From Dudresnaya verticillata (taxonomy: Eukaryota), in contig OZ374561.1 in the NCBI GenBank assembly GCA_977862235.1, positions 2,170,001 to 2,234,000 on the forward strand: 64,000 bases of DNA. The letters run 5' to 3'. Position 1 is the stretch's first letter. Each line of letters starts with the position of its first letter. Both the position numbers and the translations under genes were made by a program. The notes beneath the pieces are model-generated. The model was not told the DNA's origin. It saw only the letters and a program-made list of their open reading frames with translations, and ran no database searches. Positions 20,619 to 30,633 of the stretch are shown here, one piece after another.

Positions 20619-23600
20619 CTACAATTTGTTCCAAGTTAACCTTTGCGTATGATACTCTTTCACGTAAGCCTTAAGATCCGCAAACAGCATCTCAAGCGCT
20701 TTTGCCCATTGCTTGTGAGCGTCAGGACTATCAGCTTTCCTGGCACCCATCTTCACCTTATCCATGAAAAATTGCCCAGCCCCAGCCATTTCTCCAACGT
20801 AGCTCGTTGCCTTCTCATCCACCGCGACCCATCCCAGAGCAGCCACAGATTCTCCAACTGCATTGCAATGCTGAGCAAAAGGTCCCCGTGGATCTACTTT
20901 CTCAGTCACTGCCCCCACTTCACTCATTTTCGCGGCGATTGGGGCCAGCATATCCTGAATGTCGCTTGGTCTCGGCATTCCAGCTGCCTTCGCCAAAAAT
21001 GCCGCTTCAGCTTCCCATGCCGCTGCAAAGTGGGCAGCTTGTTCTGCCACTTCACCACCGATTTTGTTAGAAGCTTCAACATAAACTGCGAGCGGGCCCT
21101 TAATCAAATCCCTAAATGCTGATACAGAATCGCCAGTAGCCAGACTACCGGCATCCGCATTGCTCTTCGCACTGGAATGACTGACCTTCTTTGCTTGCTT
21201 GGGCGGGTTCCAGGTTAGTTTTTGCGTGTGGTATTCTTTCACATATTTCTTCAAGTCCGCGAACAGATTTTCGAGGGCTTTGGCCCACTTCCTGTGTAAA
21301 CCTGGGTCTTCCGTCTTCTTCGCACCCATCTTGACCTTGTCAACGAAAAACTGTCCAGCACCTGCCATGTCACCAACAAAACCAGTAGCCTTCTCTTCTA
21401 CTGCAACCCAGCCCAAAGCCGCAACTGACTCACTGAGCGCAGTGCAGTGCTGCGCGAAAGGGCCGCGGGGATCTGTACGTTCGCTTATTGCACTGACTTC
21501 TCCCATCTTCGTCGCGATAGGGCTCAGCAAATCCTGAAAGTCGTCTGGTTTTGACATTTGCATTGCCTTACCGAGGAACTCAGCCTCGGCATCCCACGCT
21601 GCAGCAAAGGCCACTGCTTGATTCGCAACATCACCACCAATTTCGTTCGACGCCTGCACAAAGATCGCAAGCGGACCATCTATGAGATCTCTAAAAGAAG
21701 AAACGTAATCAGATCCCGACGTATCATCATCATCAGAGCTAAGTGTGGTGGCCTTCCGTGCAACCTTTGCTTTCGGTGGATTCCAAGTCAGTTTCTGCGT
21801 ATGAAATTCTTTCACATAGGCTTTAAGATCCAAGAAAAGCGTTTCGAGAGCCTTCGCCCAGGAGCGGTGGTTGTCCGCAGAATCCGTCTTCCGAGCGCCC
21901 ATCTTGACCTTGTCAATGAAGAACTGGCCTGCTCCGGCCATATCACCTACGAAGCCTGTTGCCTTTTCATCCACCGCGACCCATCCGAGAGCCGCAACTG
22001 ATTCTCCCACTGCGTTGAGGTGCTGTGTCAACGGTCCTTGGGGATCTGCCTTGCCCGCAATGGAGCCTACCTCTCCCATCTTTGCCGCGATCGGGCTGAG
22101 CATGTCTTCAATGTTTTTCGGTTTCGGCATGGCAATCGCTTTGGCTAGAAAAGCAGCTTCTGCATCCCACGCTCCCGCGAAGGCCGCGGCCTGAGCAGCT
22201 ACGTCTCCTCCGATTACTTTGGATGCGTCAACGAAAGCCGCAAGTTGATTGTCTATGAGACCCTTGAAGGCAGACAGATAGTCATTCGTTACTCCAGAAG
22301 CTCCATCATCTACATCTCTGGCTCTCGATGTCTTGGCGGCACGGACCACTTTCGGAGGGTTCCATACCAGTTTTTGCGTGTGATATTCTTTGACGTAAGC
22401 CTTCAAGCCCGCAAACAATGTTTCAAGAGCCTTTGCCCACGTACGATGGGCATCTGGATTTTCGGTCTTCTTCGCACCCATTTTGACCTTGTCAACGAAG
22501 AACTGACCAGCGCCTGCCATATCACCCACATACCCAGTAGCTTTTTCATCCACAGCTACCCATCCAAGTGCACCAACAGACTCGCTTACGGCGTTGCAGT
22601 GTTGGGCGTAGGGTCCACGAGGATCCACCTTCTCTGTGACAGCCCCGACTGCTCCCATTTTTTCCGCAATAGGTGACAGCATACCTTGAATATCATCAGG
22701 CTTAGGCATACTAATCGCCTTCTTCAAAAGCTCCGCTTCGGCTTCCCACGCACCCGCAAACGCTGCAGCTTGCTCCGCGACCTCACTGCCGAGTGTGTTC
22801 GACGCCTGAACAAAAGCTGCAAGGGGGCCATCGATTAACTCCTTGAAGGCACTGACATATGATCCAGTTGCTTCACCTTCGTCGTCATCTGCACACACTG
22901 GTGATGTGTCCGACTCAACGTCTCCCAAAGCAACTAAACCGATGTTATACTGCAGCCCGGTCTTGTGGTACTCCTTGATGTAAGCTTTAGTAGCCGCAAA
23001 AATGGCTCGCAAAGAGTCAACAAACGCCTTGTGCACCGCAGCATTGTCGCCTTTCCTCGAGGCCATGATCACTTTGTTAAGATAAAATGATGCTGAAGCG
23101 TCAGCGTCTGACACAAAAGTCGTGGGAGTCTTCTCTGCAATGATCCATGACACAAGATTGACGCCATCCTCGATGGCCTTGGCATGATTAAACAATTCGT
23201 CTCTCGGAGAGAAGGCACCAGCGACTTCGTTCACAGAGGTCATGTGCTGTATAATTGGTGCGAGCATTTTTTGCTTCTCATCGTCTCCTGGCGCTGATGG
23301 CATGGCGCTGGCAGAAACGATGAAGTCATAAACAGCATGCATGGCCCCTGTAAAAGACGCAGCAGCAGTGGCTACATTGCCACCCACTGCTGCACTAGCC
23401 TTCTCGAAACTTGCCACGGGACCTGCAAGCACATCTTCGCGATAACGGGTGAGGTGCGGGGCAGAGTGAGACGATGAGTCGCTTGAAGAAGGCGTTGTAG
23501 TCGTGCGAGACTCGGTTGCACGAGACACTGACGAAGTCATCTTTGGCGGATCTGCAGCTGTAGCTGCAGGCTTCTTTGCGGCTGCTGCAGGCTTCTTTGC

Positions 23601-24146
23601 GGCTGCTGTGGGCTTCTGCACAGCGGCAGACGCCTGCGGCGTTGTCCTGGAAACGGATTTTGGCGTGGCGGATGGCGTGGCATCAGCAAATTTGAGCGGC
23701 TGTGGGGCGTTTTGCCGCACGTGCAGCAAGAGGATTTCCAAAAACCGGCGCGCAGCGTCAGCCAAGGCGCTATGACTGGGGTGTTTCATATCGCAAAGTT
23801 TCTCTATGTGCCGAGCGGCATCTTGCTGGGTGGACATTACAACCGCTGGGGGTTCCGTGGGAGCGGCTACCCATGCGAGGGCATCCGACGTGGCAGCGAG
23901 GAGCGAGACATGGTGGAAGAGGACATCGGATCGGTTGAGGGCCTCTACGGCTTCATCCATCTCCTCCAGCACGGCGTTCAAGGGATGCACCAGGGCTTCG
24001 GTGCGCTCGCTGGACGATGCGCTCTCCACCGCAGCTGCGTGCTTCAGCGCGGCGCGCAGCGATGCTACCGGCGCTTGCATACGCTCGCCGAATGCATCTG
24101 CTGCGGCGCACAGGGCCATTGCCGGGCGGGCAAGCCTGAGCTCCAT
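20619..24146 (-). CDS. Protein of six tandem CAP/Srv2 N-terminal helical-folded domains (1175 aa), no C-terminal CARP domain
   Basis: Repeats of about 165 aa carry CAP_N hallmarks: AF..LI.GPL..F..AS..IGG.VA.QA, LSPI, H..AV.ES..ALGWV, QFF..KV, W.KA...LF..L.AYVKE.H...L.WN. Approximate domains: 24146-23685 (degenerate), 23459-22943, 22862-22355, 22283-21778, 21710-21205, 21131-20622. Start taken at ATG 24146. Confidence 0.88.
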   Translation of the reverse strand: MELRLARPAMALCAAADAFGERMQAPVASLRAALKHAAAVESASSSERTEALVHPLNAVLEEMDEAVEALNRSDVLFHHVSLLAATSDALAWVAAPTEPPAVVMSTQQDAARHIEKLCDMKHPSHSALADAARRFLEILLLHVRQNAPQPLKFADATPSATPKSVSRTTPQASAAVQKPTAAAKKPAAAAKKPAATAADPPKMTSSVSRATESRTTTTPSSSDSSSHSAPHLTRYREDVLAGPVASFEKASAAVGGNVATAAASFTGAMHAVYDFIVSASAMPSAPGDDEKQKMLAPIIQHMTSVNEVAGAFSPRDELFNHAKAIEDGVNLVSWIIAEKTPTTFVSDADASASFYLNKVIMASRKGDNAAVHKAFVDSLRAIFAATKAYIKEYHKTGLQYNIGLVALGDVESDTSPVCADDDEGEATGSYVSAFKELIDGPLAAFVQASNTLGSEVAEQAAAFAGAWEAEAELLKKAISMPKPDDIQGMLSPIAEKMGAVGAVTEKVDPRGPYAQHCNAVSESVGALGWVAVDEKATGYVGDMAGAGQFFVDKVKMGAKKTENPDAHRTWAKALETLFAGLKAYVKEYHTQKLVWNPPKVVRAAKTSRARDVDDGASGVTNDYLSAFKGLIDNQLAAFVDASKVIGGDVAAQAAAFAGAWDAEAAFLAKAIAMPKPKNIEDMLSPIAAKMGEVGSIAGKADPQGPLTQHLNAVGESVAALGWVAVDEKATGFVGDMAGAGQFFIDKVKMGARKTDSADNHRSWAKALETLFLDLKAYVKEFHTQKLTWNPPKAKVARKATTLSSDDDDTSGSDYVSSFRDLIDGPLAIFVQASNEIGGDVANQAVAFAAAWDAEAEFLGKAMQMSKPDDFQDLLSPIATKMGEVSAISERTDPRGPFAQHCTALSESVAALGWVAVEEKATGFVGDMAGAGQFFVDKVKMGAKKTEDPGLHRKWAKALENLFADLKKYVKEYHTQKLTWNPPKQAKKVSHSSAKSNADAGSLATGDSVSAFRDLIKGPLAVYVEASNKIGGEVAEQAAHFAAAWEAEAAFLAKAAGMPRPSDIQDMLAPIAAKMSEVGAVTEKVDPRGPFAQHCNAVGESVAALGWVAVDEKATSYVGEMAGAGQFFMDKVKMGARKADSPDAHKQWAKALEMLFADLKAYVKEYHTQRLTWNKL
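23563..23617. repeat. 21-bp coding tandem repeat encoding an AAAKKP linker between HFD1 and HFD2
   Basis: GCTGCAGGCTTCTTTGCGGCT twice plus a partial third copy. Confidence 0.8.
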
Positions 24147-24666
24147 AGTAGGATGGTGTTGTTGGTTGACGAGACGAACGGCAGGGGAGATGGGTAGGGA
24201 GAGACGGACTGGCAGGGATGGATCTGGTCGTGGGGATGAAAGAAGAGGGTGTCGGCGTTGCGGAAATGCATTGAATTGACGCTGTGGATGGATGCAATGT
24301 ATGCTTCGGGTTGGCGCTCTCTGCTCTGGAACGTTCGGTTCGATCAGCTCTGCCCAGTATGATGTGTGATGCTGACAGTGCACGTCATTGACTTCTGACG
24401 GGTTCTTACAGAGGCCATTTCGAATGAGCGAAGTCGGATTTTTATTTAAAGTGAAAATTGGCGGGAAGGGAAACAGGAAGCTCATACTTTCTGCCTTGAA
24501 GGACCAGCTGTTCATTAGATGTTTAAAGTTTAAAGCTGGAAGTTTACCTTGTATGCCCTTGCCGAAGCAAGCTGTGAACCGTCGCCGAGCTCCCGTCCTC
24601 AAGCTCCAAGGGGCCCGCAAACACCCATCCACCCAATCAGTGACGCGAAGGGCAAGCAAGAAAAAT

Positions 24667-25368
24667 ATGGCAGTGGAGGTGCGCTCTTATGCGAAGATTG
24701 TCGGTCCGGGATGGGAGTACTACATGACGCAACCGAAGATCGTCCTAGGACGCGGCGGGGAGGGTATTGATTGCGACGTGATCATCTCCAACGAGTCCGC
24801 GGTTAGCCGCCAGCACTTCACTATCCGCTTTGCGCCCGAGCTGCAGGCATTCGAGGTGGAGAACCTTAGCAAGAACGGCATCCTCGTCAACGGTGAGTTT
24901 GTCCAGCGCCTTAGCCCACCGGTGCTGCTCCGCTCGCAGGCCGATATTGCTTTTGGAAGGAACGATCCGATGCGTATCTCCTTTTTGCTCCCTGTTGGTG
25001 AGAAGACGTCCGTGAAGAAGAAGGAGCCGGCAGCGGATAGAAATATCCCGTTGTTGCAATGGGTCGGTGAGGCCATTTTGACTATCGGAGCTTTGAGCGC
25101 TGATCGCATTCGTGCGGTTATTGAAGAGAAGCACCCCCATCAATTGCAGAAGATTGGGCCTGAGCGGGTCATCGGGTCGTCGATCCGCCACATTCTCACC
25201 CAGAATGACCACATCTTTTACATTGCGGATCGAGATGTTGAAGCTTCAAATGGTACCATTAATAGACGCAGTGGCGCTGCTGCGTTTGCCGTTAGGGAGG
25301 ATCAGAAGAGCAGGTTCTATTTCTTCATTTCTGCCACCGAGCAGCAAAAGCGTGCTCGAGGACCTTGA
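24667..25368 (+). CDS. FHA-domain protein with C-terminal forkhead/winged-helix-like segment (233 aa)
   Basis: YAKIVGPGWEYYM...IVLGR...VSRQH...LSKNGILVNG is an FHA domain of the Fkh1/FOXK/plant FHA2 type. The C-terminal EAIL...I...IEEKHP...SSIRHILTQN resembles the forkhead helices. Confidence 0.85.
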   Translation: MAVEVRSYAKIVGPGWEYYMTQPKIVLGRGGEGIDCDVIISNESAVSRQHFTIRFAPELQAFEVENLSKNGILVNGEFVQRLSPPVLLRSQADIAFGRNDPMRISFLLPVGEKTSVKKKEPAADRNIPLLQWVGEAILTIGALSADRIRAVIEEKHPHQLQKIGPERVIGSSIRHILTQNDHIFYIADRDVEASNGTINRRSGAAAFAVREDQKSRFYFFISATEQQKRARGP

Positions 25369-25968
25369 CAGCTCTCAAAAGTCTGGCCTTGTCCTATCAT
25401 GAATCGTGGGAGAGCGTCGAGGCCCTGGCGTAATTTTCAAACAAATCCTGTTGCATCCGAGAGCATCGCACTGTTGTGCTTTGTTCGCTCTCCTAGAAGT
25501 ACCCAAGACAGCATTTTGTGATTGTGTGTACAACGTTAAGGAGCTATTCCTGGTATGGTTTTGGGGCAAGACATGTACCTATTCCATTATATAACACTTC
25601 TATGTATGTATGTACGAGAGAGAAAAACTGTTGCTGTGTGCCTGTCATTTGGCCCGGGATTGAAGTTTACGCCGGGCCGGTGAGGGAGCATCACCGGGCA
25701 AGTGTTGCGTGCTGCGGACGAAGGCCTGAAAAATTGAGGTGAACGCACTAGTGCATTCTGGACATTACATCTGACAAGCGCAATTGACTCACTTGCGCAA
25801 GCGCAAAAAGCGGCTGCGGACATGAAGAGATGGAATCCGCAAAAAGAAAGAATCAGTTGAAGTTACGTTACAGAAGACCAGGACCCTATCGAAGTGCACT
25901 AGCAGGGGTAGCTAGGTGTACTCAACCGAAACCCAAAAAAAAAGCAAGCGCAGGCGGCGTAGAGAGCA

Positions 25969-27222
25969 TCACTGACTCCGTGCCTCATTCATAGCCTTTT
26001 GCACGGCGGCGATGACGGTATCATGCACAAGCCCGTTAGTCGCGACGATGCCATCGTCATTGTCCAATTTACGGCCCAGACTAAAGTCGAGTGGACGCCC
26101 TCGTCCGTCAGTGACCTTGCCACCAGCCTCCTCGATGACAATAGTAGCTGGAGCGCTATCCCAGACGTTCTCGACGTAGCCACCACGAGGGAACCTGAGA
26201 AAGATGGAGGCATCGCCCCGCGCCATGCAACCATACTTGGCTTGCGAGTCCATCCGGACCGGCGGGGTCTTGACGTCCAAAATGGTTGCGACGCGCGCAG
26301 ACAGCTCATGCGACGAGTGCCCCTTCTCAACAGACTCGCAAAAAAGCGCGTCCTGCGCGTGTGCCACGTCCGACACGCTGCATCGGTCGCCGCTGGCGAC
26401 AATCGGAGTTGTGGCTGATGGGGCGGCGACGTCAATGTGGCGCTCCGCAAGCATAAAAGTACCCTGACCCTGTTCTGCATAGAACACACAGCCTAGTTTG
26501 CTGCCCTCCTCCACGACCATACCCTTGGAGGGCAAGTTGGGGCAGCCTAGGACTCCAACACGTGCAATTCCATCCTGCACGAGGCCGAGGGCAATGCAGT
26601 ACTGGCGCTGGGCGATAAACCCACGTGTGCCGTCGATAGGGTCGAGAATCCAGGTACGGGCGCCGTCACCGCCGGCATGGTCGCACAGGTCGATGGCAGC
26701 AAGGACGGCGGCCGCGGGAAGGTCGGCGGCCTCGGCGACGGCGGCCAGCAGGGCCGGGTCTGCACGCAGGGCTGCCGTGGATTCCTCTGCGATGAAGCGG
26801 TCACGCGGGAAGGCGGCATGCAGGTGTGCGACAACCAGGGCCTGCACGGCGAAGTCCGCAACGGTGACGGGCGAGGCGTCGGGCTTTGCGACGGTGTCGG
26901 CGAGCTGGAACGCACGCTGCACGCGGCGCGCCAGCGACGACGCCAGCGCGACGGCCTTGACGGCGACGGTGCGCTCGGCCGCGTATGCGGTGGGCGGCGC
27001 GGCAGGCGCAGCCGCGGCGGCGGCGGGCGAGGAGTCGGACATGGCGAGCGTGGCGCGGCGGGGGCGCACGACGGGGCGCGGGCGGGGGTGCGAGTGCGTG
27101 CACGGGCGCGGCGCGGCGGGCAGGGGCGGTCGGCGCGGCGCGACGCGGTTATACGGTGAACGTGAACGGGGCACGGGCGCGGGCGGGCGCAGGGCCCACG
27201 CGAGCGCGGCGCGGCGCGGCAT
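25969..27222 (-). CDS. SAL1: 3'(2'),5'-bisphosphate nucleotidase (SAL1/HAL2/MET22 family), 417 aa with presequence or 357 aa from ATG 27042
   Basis: Motifs K.D.SPVTVADF, IAEE, WILDPIDGTRGF, GVLGCPNLP, ESVEKGHS, RMDSQAKY, ENVWD. Confidence 0.95.
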   Translation of the reverse strand: MPRRAALAWALRPPAPVPRSRSPYNRVAPRRPPLPAAPRPCTHSHPRPRPVVRPRRATLAMSDSSPAAAAAAPAAPPTAYAAERTVAVKAVALASSLARRVQRAFQLADTVAKPDASPVTVADFAVQALVVAHLHAAFPRDRFIAEESTAALRADPALLAAVAEAADLPAAAVLAAIDLCDHAGGDGARTWILDPIDGTRGFIAQRQYCIALGLVQDGIARVGVLGCPNLPSKGMVVEEGSKLGCVFYAEQGQGTFMLAERHIDVAAPSATTPIVASGDRCSVSDVAHAQDALFCESVEKGHSSHELSARVATILDVKTPPVRMDSQAKYGCMARGDASIFLRFPRGGYVENVWDSAPATIVIEEAGGKVTDGRGRPLDFSLGRKLDNDDGIVATNGLVHDTVIAAVQKAMNEARSQ

Positions 27223-27754
27223 GGCGCGGGCGCGGCTGACGGGCGACGCGGGCGGTTCGGCGGCGGGTGCGCGGCGGAGGGGACAGACGGGGAATGCAGA
27301 TGCGGAGAAACGGGCGCGGCGAATTGGCGCGGAAGCGATGGGCGGTGTGCCGCGGGGGCGCCGTGTGTGTGCGCGCGAAGGGATGCGGCTGGCGGTGCTC
27401 GCGACGGTGGTGTCGTGTGCGGATTGGGTGGTACTGTTCCGGGCGAGGGCCTTGAGCATTCCGCAGCGTTCCAGAGCCTTCTGCCGGAGCTCGGATTGTG
27501 CTCATTTTGACCACTCGGAGAAACAGCGGTTTGCTTACAGTGAAGTTGAGGTGGTGCGCGGGGCCGAACGGCAACTTGCGATAAGCTGCTTGCCACTCTC
27601 ATTAGAAATCAAATCCGAAAACCTGCTGATCCACTACTCTTCACAGCCCCGCACCGCCTTTCGCTCCAGACGCGCGTACATCCCCATCCACCCGCATCCG
27701 ATCCTGCAGCTCCGCCCCTGCGCCCACCCACCCGACGCCCCAACCCGCACAACC

Positions 27755-28246
27755 ATGGAGCAGTCCCTCTCGGCCGCCTCCACCGCCGTGCAGCAGTCGG
27801 GCGCCGCCTTCGGCGACCGCATGAGCGCCCCGCTCTCGACCTTCAGCACCGCGCTGTCGCACGCCAGCGCCATCTTGTCCACCGCGTCCCCGCGCGCGTT
27901 CGCCATGCAAGCCCCGCTCTCGTCCCTGCTGGAGGACTCGGACGAGACCGCGGAGGGCCTGAGCCCGACCGACGTCCTCTTCCACCAGCTGACGCTCCTG
28001 GCCACCCTGACAGCCGCCCTGGGCTGCGTCTGCACCGCCGACCCCCCGCCGGCCTACGTCGCCGACGCCCGCGCAGAGGCCGCCCCGGCCCTCGCCGCCC
28101 TCCGCACCATGAAACATCCCAGCCATGCCGCCTTTGCGGACGCCGCAGACGCATTCCTCGCCGCTCTGCACGCCTTTGTGCAGGAACACGCTCCGCTCCC
28201 GCTCGCCTTCCAGCCTGACCCACCGTCCCCATCCCACGCTTCTTGA
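27755..28246 (+). CDS. Small solo degenerate CAP-HFD-like protein (163 aa), paralog of the first domain of the six-HFD protein
   Basis: ATG in ACAACCATGG context. Shares AFG.RM.AP, PL...LE..DE..E.L...DVLFH, MKHPSH.A.ADAA..FL and AP.PL.F with residues 1-155 of the 20619-24146 protein. Confidence 0.75.
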   Translation: MEQSLSAASTAVQQSGAAFGDRMSAPLSTFSTALSHASAILSTASPRAFAMQAPLSSLLEDSDETAEGLSPTDVLFHQLTLLATLTAALGCVCTADPPPAYVADARAEAAPALAALRTMKHPSHAAFADAADAFLAALHAFVQEHAPLPLAFQPDPPSPSHAS

Positions 28247-30633
28247 AGCACGTCTCCTGCGCCCCCACCCGCGTGCTGTTGCTCCAGCTGTCTTCCTATT
28301 GGTGCTTCGCGCTGTGCCCAGACGTTTTCAACGTACATGCCGCCCTCGTGCCTGCCGCCCTTGTCAAACATTTTGTTTGTGTCAATCTGGTGTCCACCCC
28401 TATTAGTCCTGTTAAACAGCAGTGCTTTTTCGTCGACTGATGCAGTAGAGGAAGAAAGCAGCCAGTCTCTTCGCAATGCAAGGCGATGGGGTAGCCCCTC
28501 GATGTATATGTCAGAAACCGTGCGCACGGATTCTCGCCATCTCCAGCCTCGCAGCTTTTGAAATCAGATGATCTTGCTAATCATACCGATTTACAGAGCC
28601 AACAACTGCGAGAACCCTTCTCAACTAGCTTCGGACAACTTCGAACGAGAGTGTTCATGGGAGAAAGCATCTGTCAACTTCATCTTGACGGCTTGTCCTA
28701 TCGATGCTACAAGTGTAAAGTCTGCTCTTCAACTCGGCGAGAAGGGCCTTACTCTTTGTAGCAACAAGCACGAATACCCTCCCGATGGATTGCAGTGCTT
28801 GGCGGGATGGCCTCTGCAAATGCCACTTCATAGGTATATTTTATTGATGAACCAACTTTGAACTCTGGAAATAGTCACAGGGTACTGCTGCAGCCAATCG
28901 CAACCGGTTGTAATGTTTGCTCGACAGGACCTTCCCGCACTCTTGTTGCTAGGAAGAGAGGGAAAGAAGATGCTACCCACTCTCCAAGATGTTGGCACCT
29001 GAGAAAGACATAGAACAGGAGAAAGTAGTGAAGTTTTTGGAACTTGATGACTATGCGTTTTGTTTCCAGGAAACAGCTTCGATGGTATGATGAGTCGCGG
29101 AGTAAGGCCAACAGCCGCTGCAGGCTTTCAAAACTACCTCGACTAGCGGGAAGATTTCTCGCATTTGGACCCAAGCTTCCTCCTCTACAGAGGAAGATCC
29201 CGACTTTCCGGGTGTGGGAATACATTCAGAAACCATTACGATATGAGACATCGCATTGGAGAACTGCCCGAAGACATACTGGAAGCAGTATTGGATTCGA
29301 AGAGGACGACTTTTTTTTGCAGTAGGGTCATAAGTTGAACGCTTCTACAGATCATGTGCTACAGAATTTGTCGTATTCCAGCAAGAAAATGCTGTTCTTA
29401 GTATGCGCAAGCTTCCTACAGGTCTTCAGCGCGGCACTTGAACGTGATATCTAATCTGAAGGTCTAACTCGCAGGGTAGAAAGAATCCTGAATATGGCAG
29501 AAGGCATCAGTGTACAAAGAATATGTGCCAGAACTGTTGGGACGGACTCTCATGAAATACTATGTACCATCCAGGGAGCTAGCAATGATGATACAGTCCC
29601 AGGGGATGAAGTGCACATCCAACGAAACAAGCTGGCAAATTACGTGTACGTCGTGGATGTCGTAGATAACACGATTCGTCCTGTCTACTTTATTCATTTA
29701 AGGCGTTTGCGACAGATAATATGACAACTTGTTGCGTTTCAAAACCAAAAAACCATTGCGTTTTTTCATGGGCAGTGGTGAGTGTCTTGGGCTTGCCACG
29801 GATGGACTTAGTCTTTGGCGGGACAGTTTGGAGAGCCCAGATATGCACGGCAAATACGTTTCTGAGTGTGAAGTCTATAAGGCAGCGAGATTCTGTATTG
29901 GCTGTAATGCGCAGCTATCTACAGTCTGATCAACTTGCCGACTTGCGTACTGAAAATCATGCTGCGGGCTAGAAAGATTGTCAGGGCGTGAGGGAGATAC
30001 ACGTTCGTGCGACACAATGCGGGGATGTGGCCCGTCACTGGTGTTGTAGGCTAGTCAAAGTGCACTGCATTTTGTTCAGTTCGAGGCGTTGTATCGGGTT
30101 GGAAAAGGCTTCGCGGAGCCGTTGTGTACACGATATAGAATGTTGGCATCTGCAAATGCGGGAGCTGCAGCAGTGCCACAAGATACATAATGTGGATTAA
30201 CCCCCTCTTTGTCCGCGTCGTGTGGTTGACAACTTTCTCTTCCACGTTGTTTTGATGGAAATCTCAATCGCATACATCCTCCAGCGAAGGAGGCAGCCAG
30301 AACCAAGAATCAGAAAGGACACTCTGACTACGCTGTTCACAATAGGAGCAGATGCAAGGCAAAAACAAAAATGAGAGTTGGCGGCGAGACACGCGTTTTC
30401 CTTCAGGACGAGGGGCTCCATACGGCACGGACAATGCAATACTGTACGGTATGGAATTTTCGATCACATTTGGCCTCTCTTCTGCGATTAATTGGCTCCG
30501 AATCGATAGGCAGCCTTCAAGAAAAGTGCGAGCCTTGCCAGTTCGAGCTCACTAAACAGCATTTCATTGTCGAGAAGCTATCAACTGGAGAAACGAACCA
30601 CCGGCAGACTCCACAAAAAAGTTTGTCCACAGC

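Noticed and set aside
24147..24666. Apparent overlap of the 1346-aa and 326-aa ORFs
   Set aside because: Both extensions start at non-ATG codons and lack domain features. The likely starts are 24146 and 24667, leaving a 520-bp divergent promoter.
26498..27754. 582-aa plus-strand ORF as one protein
   Set aside because: The first ~419 codons are the GC-rich antisense shadow of SAL1 and its promoter; only the part from ATG 27755 shows homology.
28250..30600. Many short ORFs in a 2.3-kb gap
   Set aside because: No motifs or consistent frame; possibly decayed sequence, but I cannot support a call.
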